Source of the DNA: Oscillospiraceae bacterium
Lineage (GTDB): Bacteria; Bacillota; Clostridia; Oscillospirales; Oscillospiraceae
Direction of reading: 5' to 3'
Length of the DNA stretch: 64,000 nucleotides
NCBI GenBank assembly: GCA_045642405.1
Contig: JAZUIU010000028.1
Location: forward strand, 21,856 to 85,855
The translations under genes and the position numbers were made by a program. Positions 14,981 through 24,837 of the stretch are shown in pieces. Positions within the stretch are counted from its first letter, which is position 1. Each line of letters starts with the position of its first letter. The notes beneath the pieces were generated by a model that did no database searches, was not told where the DNA came from, and saw only the letters and a list, made by a program, of their open reading frames with translations.

Positions 14981-16711
14981 TTATTGTTCGCTTTTCGCTT
15001 GCTGTTTGGCGAGTTCTTCCTGTTCCAAAACACGGTAGGCGACTTTGCCGACCAAAGTCTTGGGCAATTCCTCGCGGAATTCGATCTCATAGGGCATTGC
15101 GTATTTGGCGATATGCTCTTTGCAGTAAGTAAATAAAGTTGCGCGTGTATCTTCCGTCGCCGGAATACCGGGTCTGAGTTTGACGAACGCTTTCACCTTC
15201 TGCATTTTATAAGGATCGGGCACACCGATGATACAACTCATCTGCACGGATGGATGCGCGTCGATGATACTTTCCAAATGCGCCGGATAGACATTGTAGC
15301 CGGAGGAAATGATCATGCGCTTGGCTCTGCCGCGGAAGTAGACGAAACCCTCTTCGTCCATCACGCCCAGATCGCCCGTATAAACCCATGTCAGACCGTC
15401 ATCATGCTTGCGCAAAGTCTGCGCCGTCTCTTTGGGACAATTCATATACTCCTTCATCACCGTCGGTCCGGCGAGTAAAATCTCGCCCTCTTCCCCGTAC
15501 GGCAATTCCTTGTCGGTATCGGGCTTGACGATCTTGATGAAGGTATCGGGGAACGGAATGCCGATCGAGCCTTCTTTATAAGTCGTGATCGGCGTCAGAC
15601 AGCACGCCGTCACCGTTTCCGTCATACCGTAACCTTCACGCACCTGGATGGCGGCTTTGTGGTCGTAAAGAAATTTATCGAATTTCTTTTTAAGCGCAAC
15701 GGAAAGTGAGTCTCCGCCGGAGAAAACGCCTTTGAGGCTGGAAAGATCGGCATGATTCATGCTCGGCAAACGAAGCAAGGCTTCATAAAGCGTCGGCACA
15801 CCGGCGATGAAGTTGCATTTATACTTCACGATCTGCTTGGCGTAACTCTTGGCGGTGAAACGCGGGATCAGAATACATCTGCCGCCGTTGGCAAGCATGG
15901 AATGAATGCAAACGCCCAGCCCAAACCCGTGGAAAAGCGGCATGGCGGAAAGCATACGGTCACCGGGGCGGAACATCGGATTGGTGGCAACGATCTGCGC
16001 TGCCATCGCATTGAAGTTTCCGTTGGTCAAAACGATGCCCTTGGAGGTGCCGGTCGTTCCGCCGGAATACAGCACCACGGCAGGATCGTCGCTCTCGCGT
16101 TTGACTTTGAAACTCTTATAATAGCAAGCTCTGCTCAAACGCATAAAATCTTTCCACATGATCACCGGTGCATCATCGGGAATTTTGGCGATTTTTCTGC
16201 CCGTGGTGAGCATATAGCCGGCGCGGATCGGTTTGGACAGTTCATCTTTCACGCTCGCCAAAATCACATTGATAACTTTGGTGTTTTGGCGAACATGCTC
16301 AAACTTATGGTAAAACTGATCCAGCGTGATCGCGGCAACGCTCTCGGAGACATTGAGATAATACTCGATCTCCTTTTCCGCCGAAAGCGGATGGATCATA
16401 TTGGCGACACCGCCGACCAGATTGACGGCATAAAATGCGTAGATCGCCTGTGGGCAGTTCGGCATCGCGATCGTCACGCGGTCACCGGCACGGATGCCGA
16501 TGGTTTTGAGTGCTTTCGCGCAGTTTTCCACTTCCTGCACCAACTTGCGATAGGTCGTCGAACGCCCCATAAAGTCAAAAGCGATCAACTTGGGATTTTC
16601 CTTTGCGATGTTCTCGACCATTTCAAACATGGTGCCTTTGAAATATTCCATGTGCATCGGCACATCGCCCATGGCTGCTTTCCACGGTGTTTTGACCACG
16701 GTGTTACTCAT
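14981..16711 (-). CDS. Long-chain-fatty-acid--CoA ligase-like AMP-binding protein
   Basis: YSGGTTGTSKG, PLFHGFG, EGYGMTE, YTGDLG, GRAKRMIISSGYNVYP, PKTLVGK. Confidence 0.88.
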   Translation of the reverse strand: MSNTVVKTPWKAAMGDVPMHMEYFKGTMFEMVENIAKENPKLIAFDFMGRSTTYRKLVQEVENCAKALKTIGIRAGDRVTIAMPNCPQAIYAFYAVNLVGGVANMIHPLSAEKEIEYYLNVSESVAAITLDQFYHKFEHVRQNTKVINVILASVKDELSKPIRAGYMLTTGRKIAKIPDDAPVIMWKDFMRLSRACYYKSFKVKRESDDPAVVLYSGGTTGTSKGIVLTNGNFNAMAAQIVATNPMFRPGDRMLSAMPLFHGFGLGVCIHSMLANGGRCILIPRFTAKSYAKQIVKYKCNFIAGVPTLYEALLRLPSMNHADLSSLKGVFSGGDSLSVALKKKFDKFLYDHKAAIQVREGYGMTETVTACCLTPITTYKEGSIGIPFPDTFIKIVKPDTDKELPYGEEGEILLAGPTVMKEYMNCPKETAQTLRKHDDGLTWVYTGDLGVMDEEGFVYFRGRAKRMIISSGYNVYPAHLESIIDAHPSVQMSCIIGVPDPYKMQKVKAFVKLRPGIPATEDTRATLFTYCKEHIAKYAMPYEIEFREELPKTLVGKVAYRVLEQEELAKQQAKSEQ

Positions 16712-17579
16712 AGATTACTTCCTCCGCCATCGGTTTTTCCAATTCTTCGGGATGTGCAAGCAAATACTTCAAAAGGCGAATGCTCTTGGAGTAATAATAT
16801 CCGTCTGCCAACCGTTCGTCGATCGTCAATCCCAGATCCAGCGTCTCGCGGATCTCCGTCTTCCCGTCTAATGTATGCGTTGCCGTCGCCTTTTTTTCGC
16901 CGACCACGCAAAACATCGAGCAAGTGCCCCAATTCGTCAGATGATGATAGCCCGAGCGCAATTTGATCGAACCGAGGTTGGAGATCAGAACGGTACTGTA
17001 ATACGGATCGCTTGCCACCATACTCTTAGGGACCAGACCGTGACGGTCAAGTACGCGCATAAAGCGGATCAAACTCTTGGAGAGGAAACGCGGCAAGCGA
17101 TTGATGATGTCCATACTCTTATCCGTTGAGCCGCTTTCTCCGCCGCGCACCGCAGTCACCTGACGCTTGATGTCCGCGTGGATGGTATTGATGCTATCCT
17201 CGTCCTTGACATGCAGAAATGCCATTCCCTCTTCACTCTTATCGGAAAACTGCTTTTTGACAATAAAAGACGCTGTTCTTTCATAGCGCTGATAGTAATT
17301 GCCATTGACGATAAAGCGGTTGAGTTTCGGGCGAAGCGTAACAGTGCGCATCAGCGCGGCGATGATCACATGCAAAAAAGTATACTTAAAATCATCGCCT
17401 TGGGCATTCTTCTTTTCAAGATAGGCATTGATCGGCGTGAGGTCGATCCGCTCGGAGATGAATGCTTCATTATCGCACCGATTGGGGTAAAGCGTTCCCA
17501 TGATAAAGTGCATCGCATCCAAATCACGGATCAAAGCACCGTCCACACGGTCACCGAAGCGGCGTTTGGGTTTTGCCAT
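16704..17579 (-). CDS. Stand-alone 2-oxoacid dehydrogenase acyltransferase (E2 catalytic-domain-like) protein
   Basis: ISNLGSI and LTIDERLADG (E2 DHRxxDG-like); no lipoyl domain; overlaps the start of the ligase. Confidence 0.75.
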   Translation of the reverse strand: MAKPKRRFGDRVDGALIRDLDAMHFIMGTLYPNRCDNEAFISERIDLTPINAYLEKKNAQGDDFKYTFLHVIIAALMRTVTLRPKLNRFIVNGNYYQRYERTASFIVKKQFSDKSEEGMAFLHVKDEDSINTIHADIKRQVTAVRGGESGSTDKSMDIINRLPRFLSKSLIRFMRVLDRHGLVPKSMVASDPYYSTVLISNLGSIKLRSGYHHLTNWGTCSMFCVVGEKKATATHTLDGKTEIRETLDLGLTIDERLADGYYYSKSIRLLKYLLAHPEELEKPMAEEVIYE

Positions 17580-17763
17580 AGGTATCCCTTCTTTCCGATT
17601 TGCGCAAATACGCACATCATTTTGTGTATCATACCACATCTTTGGGTAAGATGCAAGGAAAAACGCAAATTATTGTATTTTTTGTCGAACGAAGGGCAAA
17701 AAAACACTTTTGCGTAGTGTTCTGAAAGGCACTGCGCAAAAGTGTTTCTTTTTTATCATACGG

Positions 17764-18873
17764 TCAAACATTAAAGCGGAAATAGATCATATCGCCGTCG
17801 CGCACGACATATTCCTTGCCTTCACTACGCAAAAGTCCTTTTTCCTTTGCCGCCGCCACGCTCCCGTGCGCGATCATCTCATCAAAGTTGATCGTCTCGG
17901 CGCGGATAAAGCCGCGTTCGATATCGCTGTGGATCTTCCCTGCCGCCTGTGGCGCTTTCGTGCCGTTTTTGATCGTCCATGCGCGGCATTCATCCTCCCC
18001 GTAGGTGAGGAAGGAGATTAAGCCGAGGAGCGAATAGGAACATTTGATCAAACGATCCAAACCGGACTCGGAGATACCCAGATCCTCCAAAAACATAGCG
18101 CGGTCTTCCCCATCCAATTCGGCAATTTCAGATTCCAATTTGGCGCAGATCGGCAAAACCTGCGCGCCCTCTTTTTCGGCAAGGGCTTTGACCTGCTTGA
18201 TGTAATCGTTGTTCTCGTGGTCGGCAAAGCCGTCTTCGCTCATATTGGCGGCATAGATAATGGGCTTGTTGCTCAAAAGGTCTGCCGTGGCGATCAGTTC
18301 CGCCTCATCGGGGGTGCAGTCAAAGGAACGGGCACTGTTGCCTTCGTTCAGATGTTCCGCCAAACGGGAGAACAGATTCGCTTCCTGCAAAAATTTCTTG
18401 TCGCCTTTTGCGGCTTTTTGCGCCTTTTCCACGCGGCGTTTGACCATTTCCAAATCAGCCAGCACCAACTCGGTCTCGATCGTTTCGATATCCCCTGTCG
18501 GATCGACGGGGACATTTTTCGTTGCATCCTCCACCACGTGCATGATGTTTTCATCGTCAAAACAACGCACCACATGGACGATCGCATCCGTGCGGCGGAT
18601 GTTTTCCAAAAACTGATTGCCCAAACCTGCGCCTTTGGATGCACCTTTGACCAAACCTGCGATATCGACAAATTCGATGACGGCAGGTGTCTTTTTCTTC
18701 GGGTGATACATTTCCGCCAGGCGATCCAAACGCTCATCCGGCACGGTCACCATACCGACATTCGGCTCGATCGTGCAAAACGGATAATTCGCGCTTTCCG
18801 CGCCGGCGTTGGTGATGGCATTAAACAAAGTGCTTTTGCCGACATTCGGCAATCCCACAATACCCAATTTCAT
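17764..18873 (-). CDS. ychF: Redox-regulated Obg-family ATPase YchF
   Basis: GIVGLPNVGKSTLFNA, NYPFCTIEPN, DIAGLVKGAS, GKIHSD, YFRFNV C-terminus. Confidence 0.97.
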   Translation of the reverse strand: MKLGIVGLPNVGKSTLFNAITNAGAESANYPFCTIEPNVGMVTVPDERLDRLAEMYHPKKKTPAVIEFVDIAGLVKGASKGAGLGNQFLENIRRTDAIVHVVRCFDDENIMHVVEDATKNVPVDPTGDIETIETELVLADLEMVKRRVEKAQKAAKGDKKFLQEANLFSRLAEHLNEGNSARSFDCTPDEAELIATADLLSNKPIIYAANMSEDGFADHENNDYIKQVKALAEKEGAQVLPICAKLESEIAELDGEDRAMFLEDLGISESGLDRLIKCSYSLLGLISFLTYGEDECRAWTIKNGTKAPQAAGKIHSDIERGFIRAETINFDEMIAHGSVAAAKEKGLLRSEGKEYVVRDGDMIYFRFNV

Positions 18874-19038
18874 AGAGTGATCCCTCTCTTATCTGATAGA
18901 TATACTGATTGTAGCACATTTCAAAAGCAAGTGCAAGACTTTGCTGTTTTCGATATTTTCCGAATTTTTTTAATATCGGGGTTGTTTTTTGCAAAAAGCG
19001 TGTTATAATAACCAAACCACAATGAAAGGGGTAATACG

Positions 19039-20244
19039 ATGAAGCGGTTTTGGGCAATTTTTCTTTGTATGATTTTGACGCTCGGGCTTCTTTCCGGCTG
19101 CAAGACGAAAGATGCCGTCTCCAAGCCAAAAAAGTCGGAGGATGCGCCGAAAGTTGAGCCGTACGAAGCCGTCAAAACTTATTGGAAGGACGAGCAGTTG
19201 ACGCAAAGTTGGCCGAAGACCGAAGCCGTCGAGCATATTTTCTTCCACCCCGTCATTGCCTATCCGCAATGGGCGTTTCACGACTGTAAGATTTCGACCG
19301 CCCAGCGCAACGGGCTGGACGATTGGATGCTCACCGCTGAAGAATACAAAAAAATTCTCAACGCCCTTTACGAAAAGGATTATATTTTAGTCGCCATCGA
19401 GGATGTGTGGCACGAAGAGGATGGGCGCATGGTGCGCAGTGATCTGCAACTGCCCGAAGGCAAAAAGCCGCTCATTTTCTCCTTTGACGATGTCAATTAT
19501 TACGATTATATGCTTGCTCAGGGATTTACCTCCAAACTGACGCTTGGGAAAGACGGGGAAATTTGGGCGGAATGCACCGATCCCTATACCGGTGAGACTT
19601 CTTTGACGCAGGATCTCGATGCCGTAACGATTTTGGACCGTTTCGTTCTGGATCATCCCGACTTCTCTCTCAACGGCGCAAAAGCGATCCTTTCGCTCAC
19701 GGGCTACCAGGGCATTTTGGGCTATCGCACGCAAAATGACCGCGATATTGCGCCGGACTCTCCCGACCGTCCTGCTTTTGAAGCGTTCCGCGACGGTGAG
19801 ATCAAAGCGGTCAAACCGATCATCAAACGCCTCAAAGAAACGGGCTGGACATTCGGCTCGCACACCTGGGGACACATCAATCTTGCCAATAAACCGTTTT
19901 CCTATATTGTTCGGGACACCGAGCGTTGGGCGGAAGAAGTCGGCTCTTTGGTCGGCGAGACCGATATTCTCTTTTATCCGCACGGCGCACGACCGGACGG
20001 CAACGATTGGAAAAAAACGGGCGAAACTTTCACATATCTGCAAGAGCAGGGTTTCCGCGTGTTCTGCTCGGTCGGCACTTCGTCATTCACTGCGATCAAG
20101 CCCGACATCTGCGCGGTCATCTGCGACCGTCTGCATCCCGACGGAACAACTTTGCGCCGCGCACGCGACAAATATCTGAAATTCTACGACGCCAAGGACA
20201 TCATCGACCTATCGGTGCGTCCCGATTTGGGCGTTAAATGGTAA
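19039..20244 (+). CDS. Lipoprotein, polysaccharide deacetylase-like (NodB/CE4 fold)
   Basis: Lipobox LSGC; HIFFHP, FSFDDVNYY, SHTWGHI, YPHG. Confidence 0.75.
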   Translation: MKRFWAIFLCMILTLGLLSGCKTKDAVSKPKKSEDAPKVEPYEAVKTYWKDEQLTQSWPKTEAVEHIFFHPVIAYPQWAFHDCKISTAQRNGLDDWMLTAEEYKKILNALYEKDYILVAIEDVWHEEDGRMVRSDLQLPEGKKPLIFSFDDVNYYDYMLAQGFTSKLTLGKDGEIWAECTDPYTGETSLTQDLDAVTILDRFVLDHPDFSLNGAKAILSLTGYQGILGYRTQNDRDIAPDSPDRPAFEAFRDGEIKAVKPIIKRLKETGWTFGSHTWGHINLANKPFSYIVRDTERWAEEVGSLVGETDILFYPHGARPDGNDWKKTGETFTYLQEQGFRVFCSVGTSSFTAIKPDICAVICDRLHPDGTTLRRARDKYLKFYDAKDIIDLSVRPDLGVKW

Positions 20245-20257
20245 GGAGCAAAAAATT

Positions 20258-20662
20258 ATGGTAGTGATTGATGATGCTTTGCTGATCAAAAAGGCGATCG
20301 CCATTTCCGGTCTCGCCTATGTGCCCTATTCCCACTTCCCCGTCGGCGCGGCACTGCTCGGAGAAAGCGGCACGGTCTACACCGCCTGCAATGTGGAAAA
20401 CGCAAGTTACGGGCTTTCGCTTTGTGCCGAACGCGGCGCGGTGATGCGTGCCGTAGCATCGGGCGAGCGCAAATTCCGCCGCATCGTAATTTCCGGCAAC
20501 AGCACCGATTTCTGCTGTCCCTGCGGAGCGTGCCGACAGGTACTTGCGGAGTTTTCACCCGATATGGAAGTGTGGTGCCTCAACCGCGACCGCGAAGTGA
20601 TGAAAACAACGCTTTCGGAACTGCTCCCCCACAGTTTCGGGCCAGACAATCTGGAAGAATAA
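20258..20662 (+). CDS. cdd: Cytidine deaminase
   Basis: PYSHFPVGAA, NVENASYG, CAER, PCGACRQ zinc motif. Confidence 0.95.
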   Translation: MVVIDDALLIKKAIAISGLAYVPYSHFPVGAALLGESGTVYTACNVENASYGLSLCAERGAVMRAVASGERKFRRIVISGNSTDFCCPCGACRQVLAEFSPDMEVWCLNRDREVMKTTLSELLPHSFGPDNLEE

Positions 20663-20696
20663 AAAAACGGTCTGTCTCTTGACAGACCGTTCTTTT
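20661..20696. terminator. Bidirectional terminator between cdd and the mtlD-like gene
   Basis: AAAAAA-ACGGTCTGTC-TCTT-GACAGACCGT-TCTTTT. Confidence 0.75.
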
Positions 20697-20703
20697 ATTC
20701 AAA

Positions 20704-21918
20704 TTAAATAACACCGTGCAAAGAGCCACTTTTGACCTCGTCTGCCGCGGCAAGCAAAGTATGCAGATCCGCGCCGTCCAAAAGCATCTGATAGTAGCGC
20801 AAGATCAAGTTTGCCAATGCGCTGTCTTTTTCAAGTTGCGAAACTTCGGCAAGGACTTTTTCCGCCGCTGCCGTTCCCTGCTCCATTCCCTCTGCTTCGT
20901 CGATATAGCGAAGCAGACCTGCCGCCGCACCGAGTGCGATATAAGCCGGCGTGATCCCCTGCTCCAAAGCCAGCACGGAAGAGCCGATCATACGGTCACT
21001 CGGGGAAAGTTTACGCGCCGGATCGCCGCCGACGCGCGCGCAGGTATCTTTGAGCGCGGCATTGGTGAAGCGGTGCAAAAGATCGGTAATGTGCATCTGG
21101 ATATCCGAAAGATTTGCACCATACTTTTTGGCAAGCGCCATCGCACTTTCGAGCATCGCATTTTCCACGATCACGCGAATTTCCGCCACATCAATGGACT
21201 GGTAAATGTATTCCAAGCCGATGAAACCGCCCAAATAGGCACAAGTCGCGTGTCCCATATTGTGAACGAACAGTTTGCGCTTGATGAAGAAATCAAACGG
21301 CGCATACGGCACCATATTCTGAATTTTCGGTGCTTCGCCGACAAAAGCGTCCTTATCCACAGGCAAAAAGCCGTAACGCTCCACGCAAACGCGCATCGGC
21401 TCGCCGTCTTTCATCTCATCGGTCTGCACCGGCACCATACGGCCGATAGACGCTTCCACCAAACCGACGGTCTTGTCAAACATTGCTTTCTCATCGTCGG
21501 AGAGTTGCTCTTTGAGCATCCCCTCCAAAATCTTGTTGGCATCGTTGAGATTTTCGCAAATGATGATGTTCAAAGGCTTGCCGCCCATCGCCCAACGCTT
21601 GCGAAGACCGGCTACAATGTTGGGCACGATGAATTTCAAAATACGCGCGCCGACGGCAGTCGCCATCATATCGCACTGCGCGATGACATCGCTTGCCGCC
21701 TCGGTATCGTTGCCGTTGACCGCCGTCACATGTTCGATCATCACATCCTCAAACCCCTGAGAACTGACATAGCGCACGGGATAGGACTTCTTTTCCTGCA
21801 AGGATTTTACGACGGGCTCCGCCACATCAATAAAGGTAACTTCATAACCGGACTGACTGAGCAAAGCACCGATAAAACCTCTTCCGATATTGCCGCCGCC
21901 ATACATAACCGCTTTCAT
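20704..21918 (-). CDS. mtlD: Mannitol-1-phosphate 5-dehydrogenase-like (mannitol dehydrogenase family)
   Basis: YGGGNIGRGFIG, ATAVG, IICEN, GRMVP, RKLFVHNMGHA, RVGGDPARKL. Confidence 0.75.
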   Translation of the reverse strand: MKAVMYGGGNIGRGFIGALLSQSGYEVTFIDVAEPVVKSLQEKKSYPVRYVSSQGFEDVMIEHVTAVNGNDTEAASDVIAQCDMMATAVGARILKFIVPNIVAGLRKRWAMGGKPLNIIICENLNDANKILEGMLKEQLSDDEKAMFDKTVGLVEASIGRMVPVQTDEMKDGEPMRVCVERYGFLPVDKDAFVGEAPKIQNMVPYAPFDFFIKRKLFVHNMGHATCAYLGGFIGLEYIYQSIDVAEIRVIVENAMLESAMALAKKYGANLSDIQMHITDLLHRFTNAALKDTCARVGGDPARKLSPSDRMIGSSVLALEQGITPAYIALGAAAGLLRYIDEAEGMEQGTAAAEKVLAEVSQLEKDSALANLILRYYQMLLDGADLHTLLAAADEVKSGSLHGVI

Positions 21919-21939
21919 AGTATATAACCTCTTTTCCAA

Positions 21940-22944
21940 TTAGTTTGCATATAAATCATAAAGTTTCAGCACTTCTTCCACGGTCTTTACCCCGTCCGAA
22001 GCGTTTGCCTCGCTCAAAGATGCCGCCGCGGTGCAAGCACCGATCTTCAATGCCTCTTCGAGTGTCTTACCGCTTTCGGCGGAATAGAGCACTCCGGCGC
22101 AAAACGCATCGCCTGCACCGACCGTACCGGCAATATAGCCTTTGGGCAGATGCAAACTCGGCAGTTCGAAATAATTGCCGTTTTCGTCCATACCGGCGCC
22201 GATTTCGGGGCAATGGATGACTGCCCATGTACTCACGCCGAATTCGTGCATTTTTTGCAATGCCTCTTTGAGATTTTCCGGATGGAACGTGCCGTCTTCT
22301 TCGCGCAGCAGTACACCCGTGGTCTGCTGGGCTTCAAGTTCATTGATGATGCAGTAATCGCAATACCGCATCGCAGGCTTGACCAGGCGTTTGAAGCGGT
22401 CACCTGACTCGGAAACGACATCAATGGAGGTCTTCATCCCCTTTTCCTGTGCGCGATGGAGCAAACGCGCCATCTTCGTGCCGTATTCGCTGTCCTCTTC
22501 ATCCAAAAGCGGCAAAAGCAGAATATAACCGATGTGGAAAATATTGACATTCAGCGTATCCCACGGAATATCGTCTTCGCCGAAATGCGCATTGGCTCCG
22601 GCATGCTGGAAAAAAGTACGCGCCTTATTCTCATTGTTGCTCATCACAACGGTAAAGGAAGTGCGCCCGTCACGGCGAACGGCGGAAAGGTCGATATTCG
22701 GATAGCGTTGCATCGTCTCCATGACGAGATCGCCTTCCGTATCATGACCGGCAAAGCCGGATGCGACCAGGTGCATCTTCGGGTCCAATTTCGCCAAGTC
22801 GATAATGGTGTTGCAGACCGCGCCGCCGGTGGATTGCGCGATCCCTTCGGTGATATGCACCAATTCGCTCTCTTTGGGCCACTTGCTGATCGGATATAAG
22901 TGGTCTACGATGATATTGCCTGCACAACAAATCCCTTTTCTCAT
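21940..22944 (-). CDS. PfkB/ribokinase-family carbohydrate kinase
   Basis: GGAVCN and GTVGAGDAFCAG (PfkB signature 2). Confidence 0.88.
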   Translation of the reverse strand: MRKGICCAGNIIVDHLYPISKWPKESELVHITEGIAQSTGGAVCNTIIDLAKLDPKMHLVASGFAGHDTEGDLVMETMQRYPNIDLSAVRRDGRTSFTVVMSNNENKARTFFQHAGANAHFGEDDIPWDTLNVNIFHIGYILLLPLLDEEDSEYGTKMARLLHRAQEKGMKTSIDVVSESGDRFKRLVKPAMRYCDYCIINELEAQQTTGVLLREEDGTFHPENLKEALQKMHEFGVSTWAVIHCPEIGAGMDENGNYFELPSLHLPKGYIAGTVGAGDAFCAGVLYSAESGKTLEEALKIGACTAAASLSEANASDGVKTVEEVLKLYDLYAN

Positions 22945-22956
22945 TTTTCTTCTCCT

Positions 22957-24210
22957 TTACCGGTATTCCATCAAAAATCCGCCGACGACCGCGGCAAACT
23001 CTTCCAAAATATCGCACTCAATAAATTCATCGGGACGGTGCGCGCCGCCGTAGAGGAAGAAATCGCGCCCGACGCCAAAGGAAATCGCACGGGGACTGCC
23101 GTACTTCATCAAAAGCGACAAATCGGAAAGGCAGGATGCCTTCGGCTCGACTTTTCGCCCCGACACCTTTTGGGCGGCACGGGAGAGAATTTGGATGGCG
23201 CTGTTATGCTCGTCCCCTTCCATGAAGTGGAAAAAGCGCGTCGTCATCACTGCGCGGTCGAAATGCAGTCCCAGCGGTTTGAGTTTTTCGTTCAGCGCAG
23301 GTTTGACCACCGTCTCGATCTCTTCGCGCCATTCTTTCTCGCCCTTGTCGGTATAGAATGTCACTTCGGCAAACGCTGTATCCAAATCCATGCCGCCGCT
23401 GCCGGCGCGAATCTCCGTAAAGCGCATGGATGTGGACGGAATGATCGTGCCGCGATAGTTTTCGTGGGAATTGAGTTCTGCTTCGCGGCGTTTGCGGAAA
23501 TCGTCCATCACTTCGCTCATAGCGACCAAACCGGGCAACATATCGCCGGCAGAGTCTTTCCCTTCATCGGCTTTGATGTAAAGATTGAACATTCCGCCGC
23601 CGGACGCCGTATGCCATATTTCAAAATTTTTGCAATCCAAATTCAAAATATCATCGCACGGATAGCGCAAACAAGCCGCCAATGCGCCGTTGCCGCCGCC
23701 CATTTCTTCATCGCAGTAGGCGGTGAAGACAACATCGTATGGCAATACGATCTTTTCATCGTGCAGTACGCGCAAAAGGAATAATATAGTCGCCAAAGCG
23801 TACTTATCGTCGCACGCACCGCGCCCCCATATCTTCCCGTCGCGGATGATGCCTTTTTGCGGCTCCACCGTCCAATTCGCCAAATCGCCGATGGGCATCG
23901 TGTCAATATGACCGCAAAGCATCAAACGGCGCGAATGATCGCTGCCCGGGATCACGCAGGAGACATTGATGCGATCCTCCACACCGCGACCGTCAAAAAA
24001 GTCCGGATGATCACGAAACCCCGGAATGTCCATTGGCGAATAGACATCCGGCTCCACACCGAGAGCGCGGATCTGCGCGCAGAGATATTCCTCCGCGTTC
24101 TTTTCCAGACCGCTGTGCATAAAATCCTGTGTATCAATGCGAATAAGTTCGCAAAGCAAATCAAAAAGTTCCTGCTTGCGCTCTTTGAGTTTATTGATAA
24201 AACCGTTCAT
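22957..24210 (-). CDS. M20-family metallohydrolase (ArgE/DapE-like deacylase)
   Basis: GHIDT, GRGACDDK, DEE, GAHRPDE metal ligands; GGAGG RBS before ATG 24210. Confidence 0.85.
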   Translation of the reverse strand: MNGFINKLKERKQELFDLLCELIRIDTQDFMHSGLEKNAEEYLCAQIRALGVEPDVYSPMDIPGFRDHPDFFDGRGVEDRINVSCVIPGSDHSRRLMLCGHIDTMPIGDLANWTVEPQKGIIRDGKIWGRGACDDKYALATILFLLRVLHDEKIVLPYDVVFTAYCDEEMGGGNGALAACLRYPCDDILNLDCKNFEIWHTASGGGMFNLYIKADEGKDSAGDMLPGLVAMSEVMDDFRKRREAELNSHENYRGTIIPSTSMRFTEIRAGSGGMDLDTAFAEVTFYTDKGEKEWREEIETVVKPALNEKLKPLGLHFDRAVMTTRFFHFMEGDEHNSAIQILSRAAQKVSGRKVEPKASCLSDLSLLMKYGSPRAISFGVGRDFFLYGGAHRPDEFIECDILEEFAAVVGGFLMEYR

Positions 24211-24359
24211 ATTCCGTTTTCCTCCGTCCGTTCGGCCCTCGCTATTCATACTCTGTTCATTATAGCACCGCCGCCATAGGATTTCTATAACTATCGGGAA
24301 GTTTTTTTATAGTTTCCGCACAAAAAAGAACTCCGATAAAATCGGAGTTCTTGTAGTAT

Positions 24360-24674
24360 TCAGATTTGAGGTGCAGAAAGCATCTGCATAAAAAATACTA
24401 TCAACAAAACAATAAAAAACTGCGTACAAAGAAAAGCCGGAATAGAATTCCTGAACTGTCTGTTGCGCACTTTGTGATGAAATGCCGCCATGCCGATCAA
24501 AGCGCCGATCGCGCCGAACATTGCCGCACAGACCAAAAGCGTGCTTTCGCGGATCCTCGGTCCGTCATCCATTTTGGAAAAGAATTTGTCCAAACCGAAA
24601 AGGAAGCAAACGAAAGCATTCCATACTACGAAAATGATAATAAGAAACAGAACAATTGCAGGCATAATGACCAA
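24360..24674 (-). CDS. DUF1294-family small membrane protein
   Basis: FGLDK...RIRESTLL...GAIGALIGM..FHHK. Confidence 0.8.
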   Translation of the reverse strand: MVIMPAIVLFLIIIFVVWNAFVCFLFGLDKFFSKMDDGPRIRESTLLVCAAMFGAIGALIGMAAFHHKVRNRQFRNSIPAFLCTQFFIVLLIVFFMQMLSAPQI

Positions 24675-24765
24675 CTTTCTGACAAAGCAATCGCTTCGTC
24701 AATATATTACGATTTTTTATTTTACCTGCATTTCTGAAATAAGTCAAGATTTTTTACAGAAAGTC

Positions 24766-24794
24766 TTGAAAATTCTTTTCACTTATCATATAAT
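24766..24794 (+). promoter_or_regulatory. Sigma-A promoter of asnS
   Basis: TTGAAA, 17 nt, TATAAT. Confidence 0.6.
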
Positions 24795-24837
24795 ATGAAA
24801 CGGTATTGTAAAAACTATGCAAAAGAGGTAATAAACT

